In this document: piece after piece, positions 41,796 to 53,287 of the stretch
How positions within the stretch are numbered: position 1 is the stretch's first letter
How the letters are laid out: each line of letters starts with the position of its first letter
NCBI GenBank assembly: GCA_040218735.1
Contig: JAVJQW010000050.1
Coordinates: forward strand, 32,001 to 96,000
Direction: 5' to 3'
Length of the DNA stretch: 64,000 nt
Source of the DNA: Deltaproteobacteria bacterium
GTDB taxonomy: Bacteria; Myxococcota; Kuafuiibacteriia; Kuafuiibacteriales; Kuafuiibacteriaceae
Program-made: the position numbers and the translations under genes
The notes under the pieces: model-generated
Database searches by the model: none
What the model was told of the DNA's origin: nothing
The model's input: the letters and a program-made list of their open reading frames with translations, nothing else

Positions 41796-42437
41796 TCAGT
41801 GCGGCTGCGAAGCCGCGCCACCGGGCTGCGAGGCCGGCCGGACCGGCTGCGGCGCCGGCATCTTCGGCGGGGCCTTCGCACCGGGCGGCGCCGGCACCGG
41901 CTTGGCGATGCCCTTCTTGAGGACGAGGTGCTGCCCCTCGGTGCCCGTCTTCACGGGCTCGGGGATCGTCGCGTAGAGGTCGTCCTCGCCGCGGGTCATC
42001 GGGTCGCCGTCGCGGTCGAGGCGCGCCGTGACGATGAACGGCCCGGTGAACGGGATGCCGGGGACCATCACGTTACCCGGCCCGAGCTCGTAGGCCTTCG
42101 GGAGCTGGACGGGTGCGAAGCGCTGCACGGCGACGAGGCGGCCGGCGAGGCCGCCACCTTGGCTCTCTCGGGCCATGACGAACAGGACGTCGGTCGGCTT
42201 CACTTCGTCGGGGCTGAGGCCCTCACCAAGCTTCACGAGGCCGGAGAACGGAGCGCCAGCGGGGCCCGCTTCGATCTTGCCGTGCGGTGAAGAGGCGGCC
42301 CCGGAGGCCGCCTGAGCGGGCTGGGAGGCGGCCGGTGCTTTGGCCTGATCGGCGGCGGGCGGGGCCTTCGTCTCCTGCTTGCAGGCGAACGCGAGGCCGA
42401 GGCCGAGAACGCCGGCCACGAGCGTGGTGAGTCGCAT
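41796..42437 (-). CDS. Lipoprotein with CcmI/CycH C-terminal-like domain
   Basis: ATG 42437; lipobox AFAC; VLFVMAR...VAVQR...MVPG...VTARLDRDGD. Confidence 0.7.
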   Translation of the reverse strand: MRLTTLVAGVLGLGLAFACKQETKAPPAADQAKAPAASQPAQAASGAASSPHGKIEAGPAGAPFSGLVKLGEGLSPDEVKPTDVLFVMARESQGGGLAGRLVAVQRFAPVQLPKAYELGPGNVMVPGIPFTGPFIVTARLDRDGDPMTRGEDDLYATIPEPVKTGTEGQHLVLKKGIAKPVPAPPGAKAPPKMPAPQPVRPASQPGGAASQPH

Positions 42438-42450
42438 GGACCCGTTACTG

Positions 42451-42924
42451 CTACATCCGTTTCGGGAAGTCGAGGGCGCCGAGCTTGAGAGAGCCCTTCG
42501 GGGCTTCGTCGCCTTCCTTGGGCGCCGTGTTCGACTCCTCTTTGGCGGCGAACTTCGAGAACTCCTTGGCGGTCTTGCCAACGTTCTCGCGGCGCTCTTC
42601 GTCCTTGGCGCGGTTGAGCGCCTTCATCGCGTCGATGACTTTGTCACGATCGACGATCGCCACGAGCTGCTTGGCAGCTCGCGGCGAGTCTTGCTCCGTC
42701 TCGAGGAGGTGCGCGACGATCAGGACCGTCTCGACGCAGTCGATGAGATCCGGCCCCTCGTCGATGAACGCGTCCACGATCTGCTCGACCGTGGACAGCG
42801 CTTCGGCGGAGAAGACAGCGGCCTCCTGGCCATCGTCGCCGTCCTCGATGAGGTTGGCGATCGCTTCCTTGACGCTGCGGTGGACGTCGGTCTCCTCGCG
42901 GAGCGCCCCGGTCTCTTCGGTCAT
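42451..42924 (-). CDS. Acidic helical hypothetical protein
   Basis: 157 aa, strong codon bias. Confidence 0.7.
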   Translation of the reverse strand: MTEETGALREETDVHRSVKEAIANLIEDGDDGQEAAVFSAEALSTVEQIVDAFIDEGPDLIDCVETVLIVAHLLETEQDSPRAAKQLVAIVDRDKVIDAMKALNRAKDEERRENVGKTAKEFSKFAAKEESNTAPKEGDEAPKGSLKLGALDFPKRM

Positions 42925-42964
42925 GTGGGCCTACGCTAACGGGCCGGTGGCACCGACGGCAACG

Positions 42965-43171
42965 TCAGGCGCGGTAGTTTTGGATCTGAGCGGCCGCGGC
43001 CGAGTCCCCAGCCGAGGAGTTGCCCGTGAAGAGCGAGCCGGCGGTGAACGCGGTGAGCGCGGTGCGGAGCTTGGTTCCGAAGAGCCATCCACCAACCTTG
43101 CGGGCGACGCCCCCGAGGGTGGCACGAAGGCCGGTGCTTCCGGCGGCGGCGATGATTGCGGGAAGAGCCAT
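42965..43171 (-). CDS. 68-aa Gly/Ala-rich cationic amphipathic peptide
   Basis: AAGGA RBS 7 nt upstream of ATG; host-like codons; upstream sigma28-like promoter. Confidence 0.65.
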   Translation of the reverse strand: MALPAIIAAAGSTGLRATLGGVARKVGGWLFGTKLRTALTAFTAGSLFTGNSSAGDSAAAAQIQNYRA

Positions 43172-43234
43172 GATGCGTTCCTTTGCTTTCTGGTCGGTGG
43201 TCCGTGTGAGGACGTCCCCCGAGTTCCAAAGACG

Positions 43235-43261
43235 TTATCGGGGGTCGTTCGGATTCGTTGC
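43235..43261 (-). promoter_or_regulatory. Sigma28/FliA-like promoter
   Basis: Minus strand GCAA-N15-CCCGATAA. Confidence 0.5.
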
Positions 43262-43474
43262 GCCGAATCATCAAAAAAGTAGAGCAATCTTACGCACTTA
43301 GTGCGATAAGGTGTGCATGAGTCGGTTGAGGTATGACATTCGGACGCATGCGATCCGAGGTGTTCCAACCCCTTGACTCCCGCGTTCCCACCCCCTAGAG
43401 CAGAACGTCCGCGGGCCCTGAGGGCCCGATTTTGTTGGTGGGATCGGGCACCCCAAAGCCCGGAGGTTTCGAAG

Positions 43475-43786
43475 ATGTACGCTGTCGTAGTGGCAGGTGG
43501 GAAGCAGCACCGAGTTCGTGAAGGCGACCTGCTTCGTGTCGAGAAGGTCGAAGGCGACGTGGGGAGCTCCGTGACGCTCGACCGCGTTTTGATGATCGGC
43601 GGGGACGAGCCCACGTTTGGGATGCCCACCGTCGAAGGCGCCACCGTGGAGGCGGAGATCGTCCGCCAGGGTCGGTCGCGCAAGGTGCTCGTGTTCAAGA
43701 AGAAGCGCCGCAAGAACTACCGGAGGATGTACGGGCACCGCCAGCCGTTCACGCACCTCCGCGTCACGGGAATCAAGGTGGGCTGA
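43475..43786 (+). CDS. rplU: 50S ribosomal protein L21
   Basis: [14 protein letters not shown]...GHRQPFT; GGAGG RBS; TTGACT-N17-TAGAGC promoter at 43373. Confidence 0.97.
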   Translation: MYAVVVAGGKQHRVREGDLLRVEKVEGDVGSSVTLDRVLMIGGDEPTFGMPTVEGATVEAEIVRQGRSRKVLVFKKKRRKNYRRMYGHRQPFTHLRVTGIKVG

Positions 43787-43790
43787 ATCC

Positions 43791-44057
43791 ATGGCACACA
43801 AAAAAGGCCAAGGCTCTACTCGTAACGGGCGCGACTCCAACCCGAAGTACCTCGGGCTCAAGGTCGGCGCCGGTGAAACCGTCAGCGCGGGCACGATCAT
43901 CGTGCGCCAGCGCGGCACGCGCATCCACCCCGGCCGCAACGTCGGCATGGGCCGCGACCACACGCTGTTCGCGCTGGTGGACGGCAAGGTCGAGTTCGCG
44001 TCGTACCGTGGCGATCGCCGCCAAGCGACGATCGTTCCGGTCGAAGCCGAAGCGTAA
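43791..44057 (+). CDS. rpmA: 50S ribosomal protein L27
   Basis: [16 protein letters not shown]...RQRGT...GRDHTLFA. Confidence 0.97.
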   Translation: MAHKKGQGSTRNGRDSNPKYLGLKVGAGETVSAGTIIVRQRGTRIHPGRNVGMGRDHTLFALVDGKVEFASYRGDRRQATIVPVEAEA

Positions 44058-44072
44058 GCCACGCCCGACTGA

Positions 44073-46186
<2,114 letters not shown>

Positions 46187-46211
46187 GCGAGGCGACGCCC
46201 TCCCCGCTCGT

Positions 46212-47906
46212 CTACGGCGCCATCACGTCGGCGTACACGAAGTCGATCGTGAGCTTCTTCTTCTTCGCGTACGGCTTCTTCAGGTTCTTCTTCGCGGCGG
46301 CGTGAACGTTCGGGTCCCCGACGCGCGCGAGGCACTGGCGATAGTCACGCTCGGCCGCGTCGCGGCGCCCGAGCACGTCCGACGCGCGCCCTCGCCACAG
46401 ATAGAACGTCGCGATGCGCTCCGCGTGCGGGTGCCCGAGCTCGAGCGCCCGGTCGAACGCGGCGTGCGCGCCGTTGGCGTCGCCGAGGTCCAGCGCAAGG
46501 AACCCGTCGAGCGCGTGATACAGCGTCTCCTCCGGCTGGTGCGTGAGCCCCTTCTTCACCTGCGTGCGCGACGCGGCCGCGTCCTCCTCGTCGAAGTACG
46601 CGAGGTACGCGTCGCGGTACGCCTCGAACGCCGGCGTGTCGTCGCTCGACGTCGTCAGCGTTCCCGCCGCCGGGTGGTGATCCGCCTCCGTCAGCGAGAA
46701 CGGAACGTAGGTCCCGATCGACGTCGGCGCCTCCCCCGTCGCGACCCACAGCGTGCGGTCCGTCGGCGAGAACACCACCGACCCCACCGTCATCAACATC
46801 CCGATCGCCCCGCTGATCCGACAGTCGATACCGCCGTGATCCGCGAGGATCGACGCCATCGACTCCGGCGACAGCGGCCCCTCGCGCTGCTCGAGCAGCT
46901 CGTTCGCGCGGCGGTGCCGGTTCGAGTTGTGACGCCAGTACGACGGGTACAGGTTCACCTCCGTCGCGCCGAGCGCCTCGTCCAAGTAGACGTTTGCGTA
47001 GCCGAACGTGTTGTCCTCGGCCTTCGTGCGCCGCACCGCCTTTCGGTTCGGGTTCTCTTCGAGGCAAAGCACCTCCTTGCGCTCGCCGTCCGTCACCACG
47101 TACGTCCAGCAGCCGATCGGCGTGTGCTCCTTCAGGATCTTCTCCGCGTCGTCGAGGTTCTCCGCCTCCCGCATCACGATGTCGCCGACGAGCCCCGTCG
47201 GGATGCCGCCGAAGCGCGTCTGATCCGTGAACAGGTGCTGGTGCACCGTGATCGTGAGGCCCGCCTCGTTCATCGCGGTGACGCCGCCCAACGGCACCCC
47301 CGCCGACGCGACCGACACGTACCGCTGCCCGCGCTCCGGCTCCGCGAAGATCACCGTCGTCTCGGCCGGCCACGGCGTCACGCCGTAGAAGTCGAAGTTG
47401 CGCGCGTGCAGCAGGCGCCCGTCCGTCGTCGCGTCACCCCACGCGATCGCGCTGGTGCACCCGAGGCCGAGCATCAAGCGGTGCGCGACCGCGGGCCCCG
47501 GCTGCTGCAGCTGCATCATCCGGCTCGCGACCCACAGGAACGAGTCCGGCATCGTGTACCCGTCGATCAACGACTCCAGCTTCAGGTTCGCGCCGTCCGC
47601 GAGCCCCTCCAGCGTCTGCCGCGCAAAGGTGGGGAGCTTCTTCTCCACCCGCTTCGCGAGGAGCTGCCGCACCAATGCCCACGCGACCGGCGACCACGCC
47701 CCCCGCAGCGGCCCCGCGACGGCGCGCTCGAGGTACTTCTTGAAGTACGGCACCGGCCCGCGGGCGATCTGCTCCGCGAGCGCCTCGCCGTGCTGGTACC
47801 CCATCTCGTAGAAGTTCCCGCGCACGCGCAGGATGTTGATGCCCTCGACGCGCTCGAGGACGGGCTTCGCCGCGCGGGGCGCGGTCTCTTTGGCTACTGC
47901 GATCAT
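46212..47906 (-). CDS. C45-family Ntn hydrolase (acyltransferase/amidase) with C-terminal TPR
   Basis: GNFYEMGYQHG, G-CTS nucleophile site, HARNFDF, MNEAGL. Confidence 0.85.
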   Translation of the reverse strand: MIAVAKETAPRAAKPVLERVEGINILRVRGNFYEMGYQHGEALAEQIARGPVPYFKKYLERAVAGPLRGAWSPVAWALVRQLLAKRVEKKLPTFARQTLEGLADGANLKLESLIDGYTMPDSFLWVASRMMQLQQPGPAVAHRLMLGLGCTSAIAWGDATTDGRLLHARNFDFYGVTPWPAETTVIFAEPERGQRYVSVASAGVPLGGVTAMNEAGLTITVHQHLFTDQTRFGGIPTGLVGDIVMREAENLDDAEKILKEHTPIGCWTYVVTDGERKEVLCLEENPNRKAVRRTKAEDNTFGYANVYLDEALGATEVNLYPSYWRHNSNRHRRANELLEQREGPLSPESMASILADHGGIDCRISGAIGMLMTVGSVVFSPTDRTLWVATGEAPTSIGTYVPFSLTEADHHPAAGTLTTSSDDTPAFEAYRDAYLAYFDEEDAAASRTQVKKGLTHQPEETLYHALDGFLALDLGDANGAHAAFDRALELGHPHAERIATFYLWRGRASDVLGRRDAAERDYRQCLARVGDPNVHAAAKKNLKKPYAKKKKLTIDFVYADVMAP

Positions 47907-48640
47907 TTCGACTCCTCACTTCGCTCGGGAAGCTCGCCACTTTCGAGTAGTGCCGCTGCGAGTAGACGTGGCGTCGCCCACTCGTGAAAGGCCGCGACCA
48001 GACGCCGCACGGTGTCCGCGTCGCGGGATTCGATGAAATCGACGACGGCGACGAGCCCCTGCAAGTGCGGCGGCGTCGCCAGACGCACGTTCGAAAACAG
48101 CGTCTCGTGTTCGTCGTAGATGGCTGCGTTCCAGTGGACCAACGCCTCGAGCAGGCGGTTCTTCGACGCGCGCGCGATGAGGAGCGCCATCTCGGACAAC
48201 AGGCGAGCGTAGTGCTCCGGCGCATCGAGCGCGTCTTCGATGTGGCCCAGCATCGCGCGCATCGCCGCGAGGTCCTCCTCCGTCCGACGCTCGGCCGCGA
48301 GGCCCGCCATGAGGACGTCCAGCTCCGCGCGGACCTCCAACAGGTCCCCGAGCACCGCCGTGTCGATCGCGCCGTCCGTGGGCCTCAGCATGGCGCTGAG
48401 GACCTCGGGGCTCAGCGACTGCAGCGGGTCCAGCACCTCGGTGCCGCGACGCCGCACCGGGCGCACCAGGCGGTGCACCTCGAGCAGCTTGATCGCCTCG
48501 CGCACCACGGACCGGTTCACGCCGTAGCGCTCCGCGAGGTCCGCCTCGCGCGGGAGGATGTCCCCTACCGCCAGCGTGCCGGAGACGACCTGCCCCAGCA
48601 GGTCCCGCGCGACACGATCGGCTTTGCGGGCGACCTCCAT
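47903..48640 (-). CDS. GntR/FadR-family transcriptional regulator
   Basis: LPREADLAERYGVNRSVVREA; FCD-like C-terminus. Confidence 0.92.
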   Translation of the reverse strand: MEVARKADRVARDLLGQVVSGTLAVGDILPREADLAERYGVNRSVVREAIKLLEVHRLVRPVRRRGTEVLDPLQSLSPEVLSAMLRPTDGAIDTAVLGDLLEVRAELDVLMAGLAAERRTEEDLAAMRAMLGHIEDALDAPEHYARLLSEMALLIARASKNRLLEALVHWNAAIYDEHETLFSNVRLATPPHLQGLVAVVDFIESRDADTVRRLVAAFHEWATPRLLAAALLESGELPERSEESK

Positions 48641-48650
48641 GGTCGACCAC

Positions 48651-48697
48651 CCTATAAGTCGGACTTATTCGCGGTCAACCCAATAAGTCGGACTTTT
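48651..48697 (-). promoter_or_regulatory. Two FadR-type operators overlapping a sigma70 promoter
   Basis: ATAAGTCGGACTTAT (48654-48668) and ATAAGTCGGACTTTT (48683-48697) flank a TTGACC -35 (48673-48678). Confidence 0.8.
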
Positions 48698-49557
48698 TAG
48701 GGTGTCGCCGGCGCGGGGGCCGCCTGCAGCTCGGGGACGTCGGCGCCCACGCCCGGGTCGGGCGCGCCGGGTGCGTAGACGGCGGTGCCGAAGCGCTTCA
48801 CGCCGAAGGACGCCACGATCTTCTGGCCCTCCTCGGACGTGATGAAGTCGTACAGCCCCGGGTGACGCGGGCGCTTGGTGCGGCTGGGGTGGACCTCGAC
48901 GATCACCATGCGCAGCACGAGCGCCGGGTCCCCCGCTTTGTAGATGCGGTGCGGGAGCTTGCCCTCCGCGGCCGCGAGGAGCAGCGACGATCGTTTCACC
49001 ATCGCGAAGGCGTTCTTTTGGATCGCCGCGCGCGCGAGGGCGAGGCCCTCGAAGTCGGTGTCGAACCACGCGCCGGGTTCGGCGGCGTCTCCACCTTCGA
49101 TGAAGAGTTTGGTGTGGCGTGCGTGCTCGACGGAGCCGCGCTTGCCCTTGAGATAGCGGTAGTTCAGGCGGCTGACGTTCTCGAGGAACGCGGCCCCCGA
49201 AGCCTTGCCGTGTTTGCCGAGCCGATCGTCGTACGGCCCGATCACCATGAGCTCCTCGTGCGCGTAGGTCTCGGCGCGAATCGGGATCCCCGCTTTGTCC
49301 AATCGCTCGAGCGCCCGCTCGGAGATCACAAACGCCGTGTCGACCTTCCCGGCCGATGCGAGCTCGAAGAGTTTGTCGGTGTCCGCGTAGATGAGCTCGG
49401 TGCGTTGCTTCGACGACTCTTCATAGGAGGCCTGGATGAACTCACCCAAACCCAACTCTTTCAGCGTCGCGTCGACCCCGAATCGAATCGTGTCTTCCTC
49501 GTCCTGTGGGCAACCCATCAGAACGAGCATCGAGCTCAGAACCCACGCGCGTTTCAC
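48697..49557 (-). CDS. TupA-like periplasmic binding lipoprotein (degenerate)
   Basis: Lipobox LMGC; ELMVIGPYDD, WFDT, FITSEEGQKIVASFG follow the TupA/PBP_like layout. Confidence 0.65.
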   Translation of the reverse strand: MKRAWVLSSMLVLMGCPQDEEDTIRFGVDATLKELGLGEFIQASYEESSKQRTELIYADTDKLFELASAGKVDTAFVISERALERLDKAGIPIRAETYAHEELMVIGPYDDRLGKHGKASGAAFLENVSRLNYRYLKGKRGSVEHARHTKLFIEGGDAAEPGAWFDTDFEGLALARAAIQKNAFAMVKRSSLLLAAAEGKLPHRIYKAGDPALVLRMVIVEVHPSRTKRPRHPGLYDFITSEEGQKIVASFGVKRFGTAVYAPGAPDPGVGADVPELQAAPAPATP

Positions 49558-49571
49558 GTACTCACCTCGTA

Positions 49572-49612
49572 GAAATGCCGAAGGGGAGGCCGCATAGCGA
49601 CCTCCCCTCGGC
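49572..49612 (-). terminator. Strong hairpin after the cytochrome gene
   Basis: GCCGAAGGGGAGG...CCTCCCCTCGGC followed on the minus strand by ATTTC. Confidence 0.6.
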
Positions 49613-49688
49613 GAGCAATGACTACTCAGGTTGAACGTTACCCCAGCCTAAGCCGGGGCCGAACCCCTGGTTGCGATGTGACGACGAG

Positions 49689-52600
49689 TTACTGATCCAG
49701 GTTCTCGTTGTCTCTCTTCACCAGGTTCAGCATCTTGTTGAGCAGGTACTGGTTCAGCGGACCGGCCATCTGAGCGAAGGTCGGGTACTGACGCACGTAC
49801 GTGCCGTTCCATGCTGGGTTCCCAGCCGCGCCAGGCGTGTACTTGGCGGGGTGGTTGTTGTAGGCCAACGGGAAGCCCGTGTCCTCAATCACGAAGTAGT
49901 CCATCTGCTGATTCACGTTGAACGCCGTCGGATCCAGGTTCGCGTCGAAACGGAACCCAGCGGCGGCGTCCACAACCGCATCCTGGTTGCTGTTGTTACG
50001 CGTAATCACACCGACATTGCCGAGCACCGCGAGGTACGCCGACACGTTCGCGAAACCGGCCGCATTTGCGCCGTAGCGCGCAAGGATGAGGTCCGTGTTA
50101 TCCGCGTTCGCGTTGATGTGGCAGTTCTCGCAGTTCATGAGCGTCGGGTGCGTACGCTGCACCGTGTGCGGCATGAACTGGTTCTCGCCCTGCGGGTTCT
50201 CGCCGAGATCCATCTCAGCGAACTGCTCCGCCGGGAGACCCGCGGACGGGTAACCAAGGCCGGTCGTCTCCGTCGCGTACTGCCTCAGCCCGTAGCCCGC
50301 ACGGTCGCGGTACAGGTTGTAGGCGATGTTCGCGTCGTTGTTCACGATGACCTTCGTCCCGAAGAACTCGTTGTTGTCCTTGTCGAGGTGCGCAACCTGC
50401 TGCTTCGTCTCCGGCAACATCTGAGCGATCTTGCCTTCGGAGTTGATCCCGTACTGGGTATCCAGCGGCGAGATGTACGTGAAGTCAGCCTCGGTCACGA
50501 CGCCGTAGCTCAGCTCACCCGTCGAACGCATGAAGTCACGCAGGATGACGTTGCCGTCGGTGTCCGCCAAGCGGAGGTGGCAGCCGAAGCAGCCGTTGCT
50601 CCACGTGGAGTGACATGCGTAGCACTCGAGGCCGCCCTGCATCTGGTCGACCGCGCTCGTGGCGCGGGAACCGAGGTGCGAGAAACCTTCCGTGATGCGC
50701 GTTGCGTTGTTGTTCGCGTCCTGGAGGCAGTTGTTCGGATCACCCGCGATGCAGGGCCCAACGCCGTTCGCGCCGTCCTGGTCCACACGACCGTGGAAGA
50801 TCGACGCCTGCAGCGAGTAGACCTCGGCGCCCGACGGACGGATCGCGCCGCCGCCAGTGCCGGTGCCGACGTTCGACACGGTGTCGAGCGTCTGCGCCAC
50901 GTAGTGGTACTGACCCGTGAACTTGCTGCGCAGCCAACGACCGCGACCGAGCCGGTTGCACTCCGGATCCGCCGTGTAGTTGTCGATGACTTCACCCTGC
51001 TCGGGGCACACGATCAGGTTCTTGATCGGGTTGCGGTTGTCCGCGTCATGCGGAACCGCACGGTACTCGAGGTTGCCGTGGCAGTGGACACACTCGACCT
51101 CGGTGCTCTGATCCATGTGCGACCAGATCGCGCCGGACATGTCCTTCACCTGCGCCTCGTCGGCCCAATCCGTGACCTGCTTGACCTTCACGAACTTCAG
51201 CTCGTTGTGCATCTCGCCAGACGTGTGGCAATCCATGCACTCCAGGCCCGCCGTGTAGTGGAAGTCAGCCGGGATATCGTCGTAACCGTCGTTGTCCCAG
51301 TCGACCATGCGAAGGACCTGGTCCTGCGCCTGGCCGTGGTAACGGCCGAAGTTCTCGTCGTTGATCTCGTCCGTGAACTTGAACTGATCCGCGTTCAGGA
51401 ACCCATTCGCGAACGCCGCGGCGACGGTGCGGTTCGGGTCGATCTGATAGCCACGGAACTGCCAGTCGGTGCGGTTCGAGCCGACGTGGCACGAGCCGCA
51501 ACGCTGCGACGACATCTGCAGGGAGATACGGTGAGCGATGGGGTGGGACCTCTCCGGTCCGAGCCACGCGCCGTTCAGGTTCTGCAGGTCGTTGGCGTTG
51601 AAGTTCGAGATCTGCGCGAAGGCGGCCGGGTAGGTCGGCTCCTGCTTGTTGATCATCTGGTCGAGCGAACGCGAACGTCCGTCGAGGGCGTACGGCATGT
51701 GGCAGCTGGCGCAACCCGAGGTGCGGAAGTCCGCATAACGGTTGTTCGCGCCGGCGTTGCCGAGGTGGCAGTCGCCGCACTGCTTGTCGTAGACCTCACG
51801 GAGGACGTCGATCTCGTTGTAGACGATGTTGTCGCGCTTACGCAGCGAGAACTTGTCGAGGCGCTGCACCGAACCGGTGTACTGGCTGTCGTACGCGATC
51901 GCGTCCAGCCCGCCGGAGCCCGGCGTCATACCTTCGGTCGTGTCCCACTGGTACGCGCCGTTGCCCTCACGGACGATCGTGCGCGGAATGCCGTCGCGGG
52001 CCTGCGCCACGCCGACGAGGCCGACGGCGGTCGCCATGACCGAACGCTTCACGTTCTCGACGCGATCCAGGTGGCAGCCGCTCTCACGGCCACAGGTCTG
52101 GTCCGCAACGCGGAGGTCGGACGGGTTGCGGAAGCGCAGCCACTCGAGGCCACCCTCGAAGCGCTCGACGCCCGCGAGCGTCAGGTAGTTCCAGTAGTAG
52201 CGGAGGTTCGGACGGCCCCACTGCGTGGAGTTCGTCTGCCACTCGCTCGGGATCGGCACGTGGGCCGTCTCGCGCGTGTTCGCCGTCGGGTTGCCGCCGT
52301 GGCAGCCCGAGCAAGGCTCGGTGGAGGCACCACCGAACGCGTGCGGGTGCGAGATGCCGTTGTGGCAGTTGTTCGTGCAGCTCTCCGGCGGCGGCGGGTC
52401 ATCTTCGATGCACTTACCGATCGCCGCGAGGTCCGTGCCGTCTTCCGCGAACGGATGGTCGGCGCAGAGCTCCTGCACGCAGAGGGGGCTCTTGTAGCCT
52501 TCACCCTGCCAGCACGCGGTCGTCTCGTCGGGAACACAGAGGTCACCCTCCTGGATGAATCCAGGAATGTTGCACTCCGGGTTCTCGCGGACACAGGCGC

Positions 52601-52937
52601 CGTTGGACAGCATATAGTTGTCCTGGCACGCAGCCGCGACACAGACGCACGACGTCGGGTTGATCTGCTGCGCGACCATCGAGGCCACGCCGTTCGGGAA
52701 CCCGGCGTTACACGTCACGTTTACGCACGGGTCCGGAATGGCCACGCACGCAGTTTTGTCTTCATTGGCGATCTCGCCGACGCCACACAGTAGAGCCTCA
52801 CAGACTCCATCCGCGTTCAGCGTCGTGCCTGGACCGCACGTCAATTTCTCCCCGCAGCCCCACATCAGGCCCGTGGAGAGAACAGTCACCAGGGCCAAGC
52901 CCCCCTGACTATTCCAACTTGGGTATCTTTTCCTCAT
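49689..52937 (-). CDS. Multiheme c-type cytochrome lipoprotein (9 CxxCH plus CX3CH and CX5CH)
   Basis: Lipobox MWGC; CSGCH, CGDCH, CASCH, CGSCH, CMDCH, CVHCH, CYACH, CFGCH, CENCH, plus CTNNCH and CGRESGCH. Confidence 0.92.
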   Translation of the reverse strand: MRKRYPSWNSQGGLALVTVLSTGLMWGCGEKLTCGPGTTLNADGVCEALLCGVGEIANEDKTACVAIPDPCVNVTCNAGFPNGVASMVAQQINPTSCVCVAAACQDNYMLSNGACVRENPECNIPGFIQEGDLCVPDETTACWQGEGYKSPLCVQELCADHPFAEDGTDLAAIGKCIEDDPPPPESCTNNCHNGISHPHAFGGASTEPCSGCHGGNPTANTRETAHVPIPSEWQTNSTQWGRPNLRYYWNYLTLAGVERFEGGLEWLRFRNPSDLRVADQTCGRESGCHLDRVENVKRSVMATAVGLVGVAQARDGIPRTIVREGNGAYQWDTTEGMTPGSGGLDAIAYDSQYTGSVQRLDKFSLRKRDNIVYNEIDVLREVYDKQCGDCHLGNAGANNRYADFRTSGCASCHMPYALDGRSRSLDQMINKQEPTYPAAFAQISNFNANDLQNLNGAWLGPERSHPIAHRISLQMSSQRCGSCHVGSNRTDWQFRGYQIDPNRTVAAAFANGFLNADQFKFTDEINDENFGRYHGQAQDQVLRMVDWDNDGYDDIPADFHYTAGLECMDCHTSGEMHNELKFVKVKQVTDWADEAQVKDMSGAIWSHMDQSTEVECVHCHGNLEYRAVPHDADNRNPIKNLIVCPEQGEVIDNYTADPECNRLGRGRWLRSKFTGQYHYVAQTLDTVSNVGTGTGGGAIRPSGAEVYSLQASIFHGRVDQDGANGVGPCIAGDPNNCLQDANNNATRITEGFSHLGSRATSAVDQMQGGLECYACHSTWSNGCFGCHLRLADTDGNVILRDFMRSTGELSYGVVTEADFTYISPLDTQYGINSEGKIAQMLPETKQQVAHLDKDNNEFFGTKVIVNNDANIAYNLYRDRAGYGLRQYATETTGLGYPSAGLPAEQFAEMDLGENPQGENQFMPHTVQRTHPTLMNCENCHINANADNTDLILARYGANAAGFANVSAYLAVLGNVGVITRNNSNQDAVVDAAAGFRFDANLDPTAFNVNQQMDYFVIEDTGFPLAYNNHPAKYTPGAAGNPAWNGTYVRQYPTFAQMAGPLNQYLLNKMLNLVKRDNENLDQ

Positions 52938-53009
52938 TACTTCCGACCCCTTACCTAGTTTGGGCGTTCAACCTGTCGCGGGGCGCTCAACCCCACGCGA
53001 GTGTTATTG

Positions 53010-53026
53010 ATCACGAGTCGTGCCAG
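53010..53026 (-). promoter_or_regulatory. Possible sigma54 promoter of the cytochrome gene
   Basis: Minus strand CTGGCACG-ACTC-GTGAT: good -24 element, imperfect -12. Confidence 0.4.
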
Positions 53027-53287
53027 CCGTTGGGCGAGCCTCGATCCCGAGTCAAATAGCCGATCTTTCGAGTGTGTTCGCCGACGAAGCCTGGGGTGGA
53101 GGCCCCGATCTGGGTTGTTCCGTCCCCACCCCACTGCGCCTTTGTACCTGAGGAGCCCCGGGTAGGGTCAAGCTCGGCACGGCGGCCAAGGTGGGACCAG
53201 ACCCCACTTGTGACCTCGACTCCCGGTCCAGGACCGGCGCTCGCGATTGACACCCCGAGGCCAGGCCCGTAACCCGTCGGACCTCGT

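Noticed and set aside
43400-43470. Hairpins in the rplU leader as a structured RNA
   Set aside because: GGGCCC-TGA-GGGCCC and nearby stems are plausible, but I cannot match them to a known family by eye, and GC-rich DNA forms such stems by chance.
49671-52793. 1040-aa plus-strand ORF opposite the cytochrome, and similar long antisense ORFs (5595..8417, 31734..34208, 37462..40449)
   Set aside because: Shadow ORFs expected from high GC3 codon bias; Arg/Val-rich with no motifs, while the opposite strand carries recognisable proteins.
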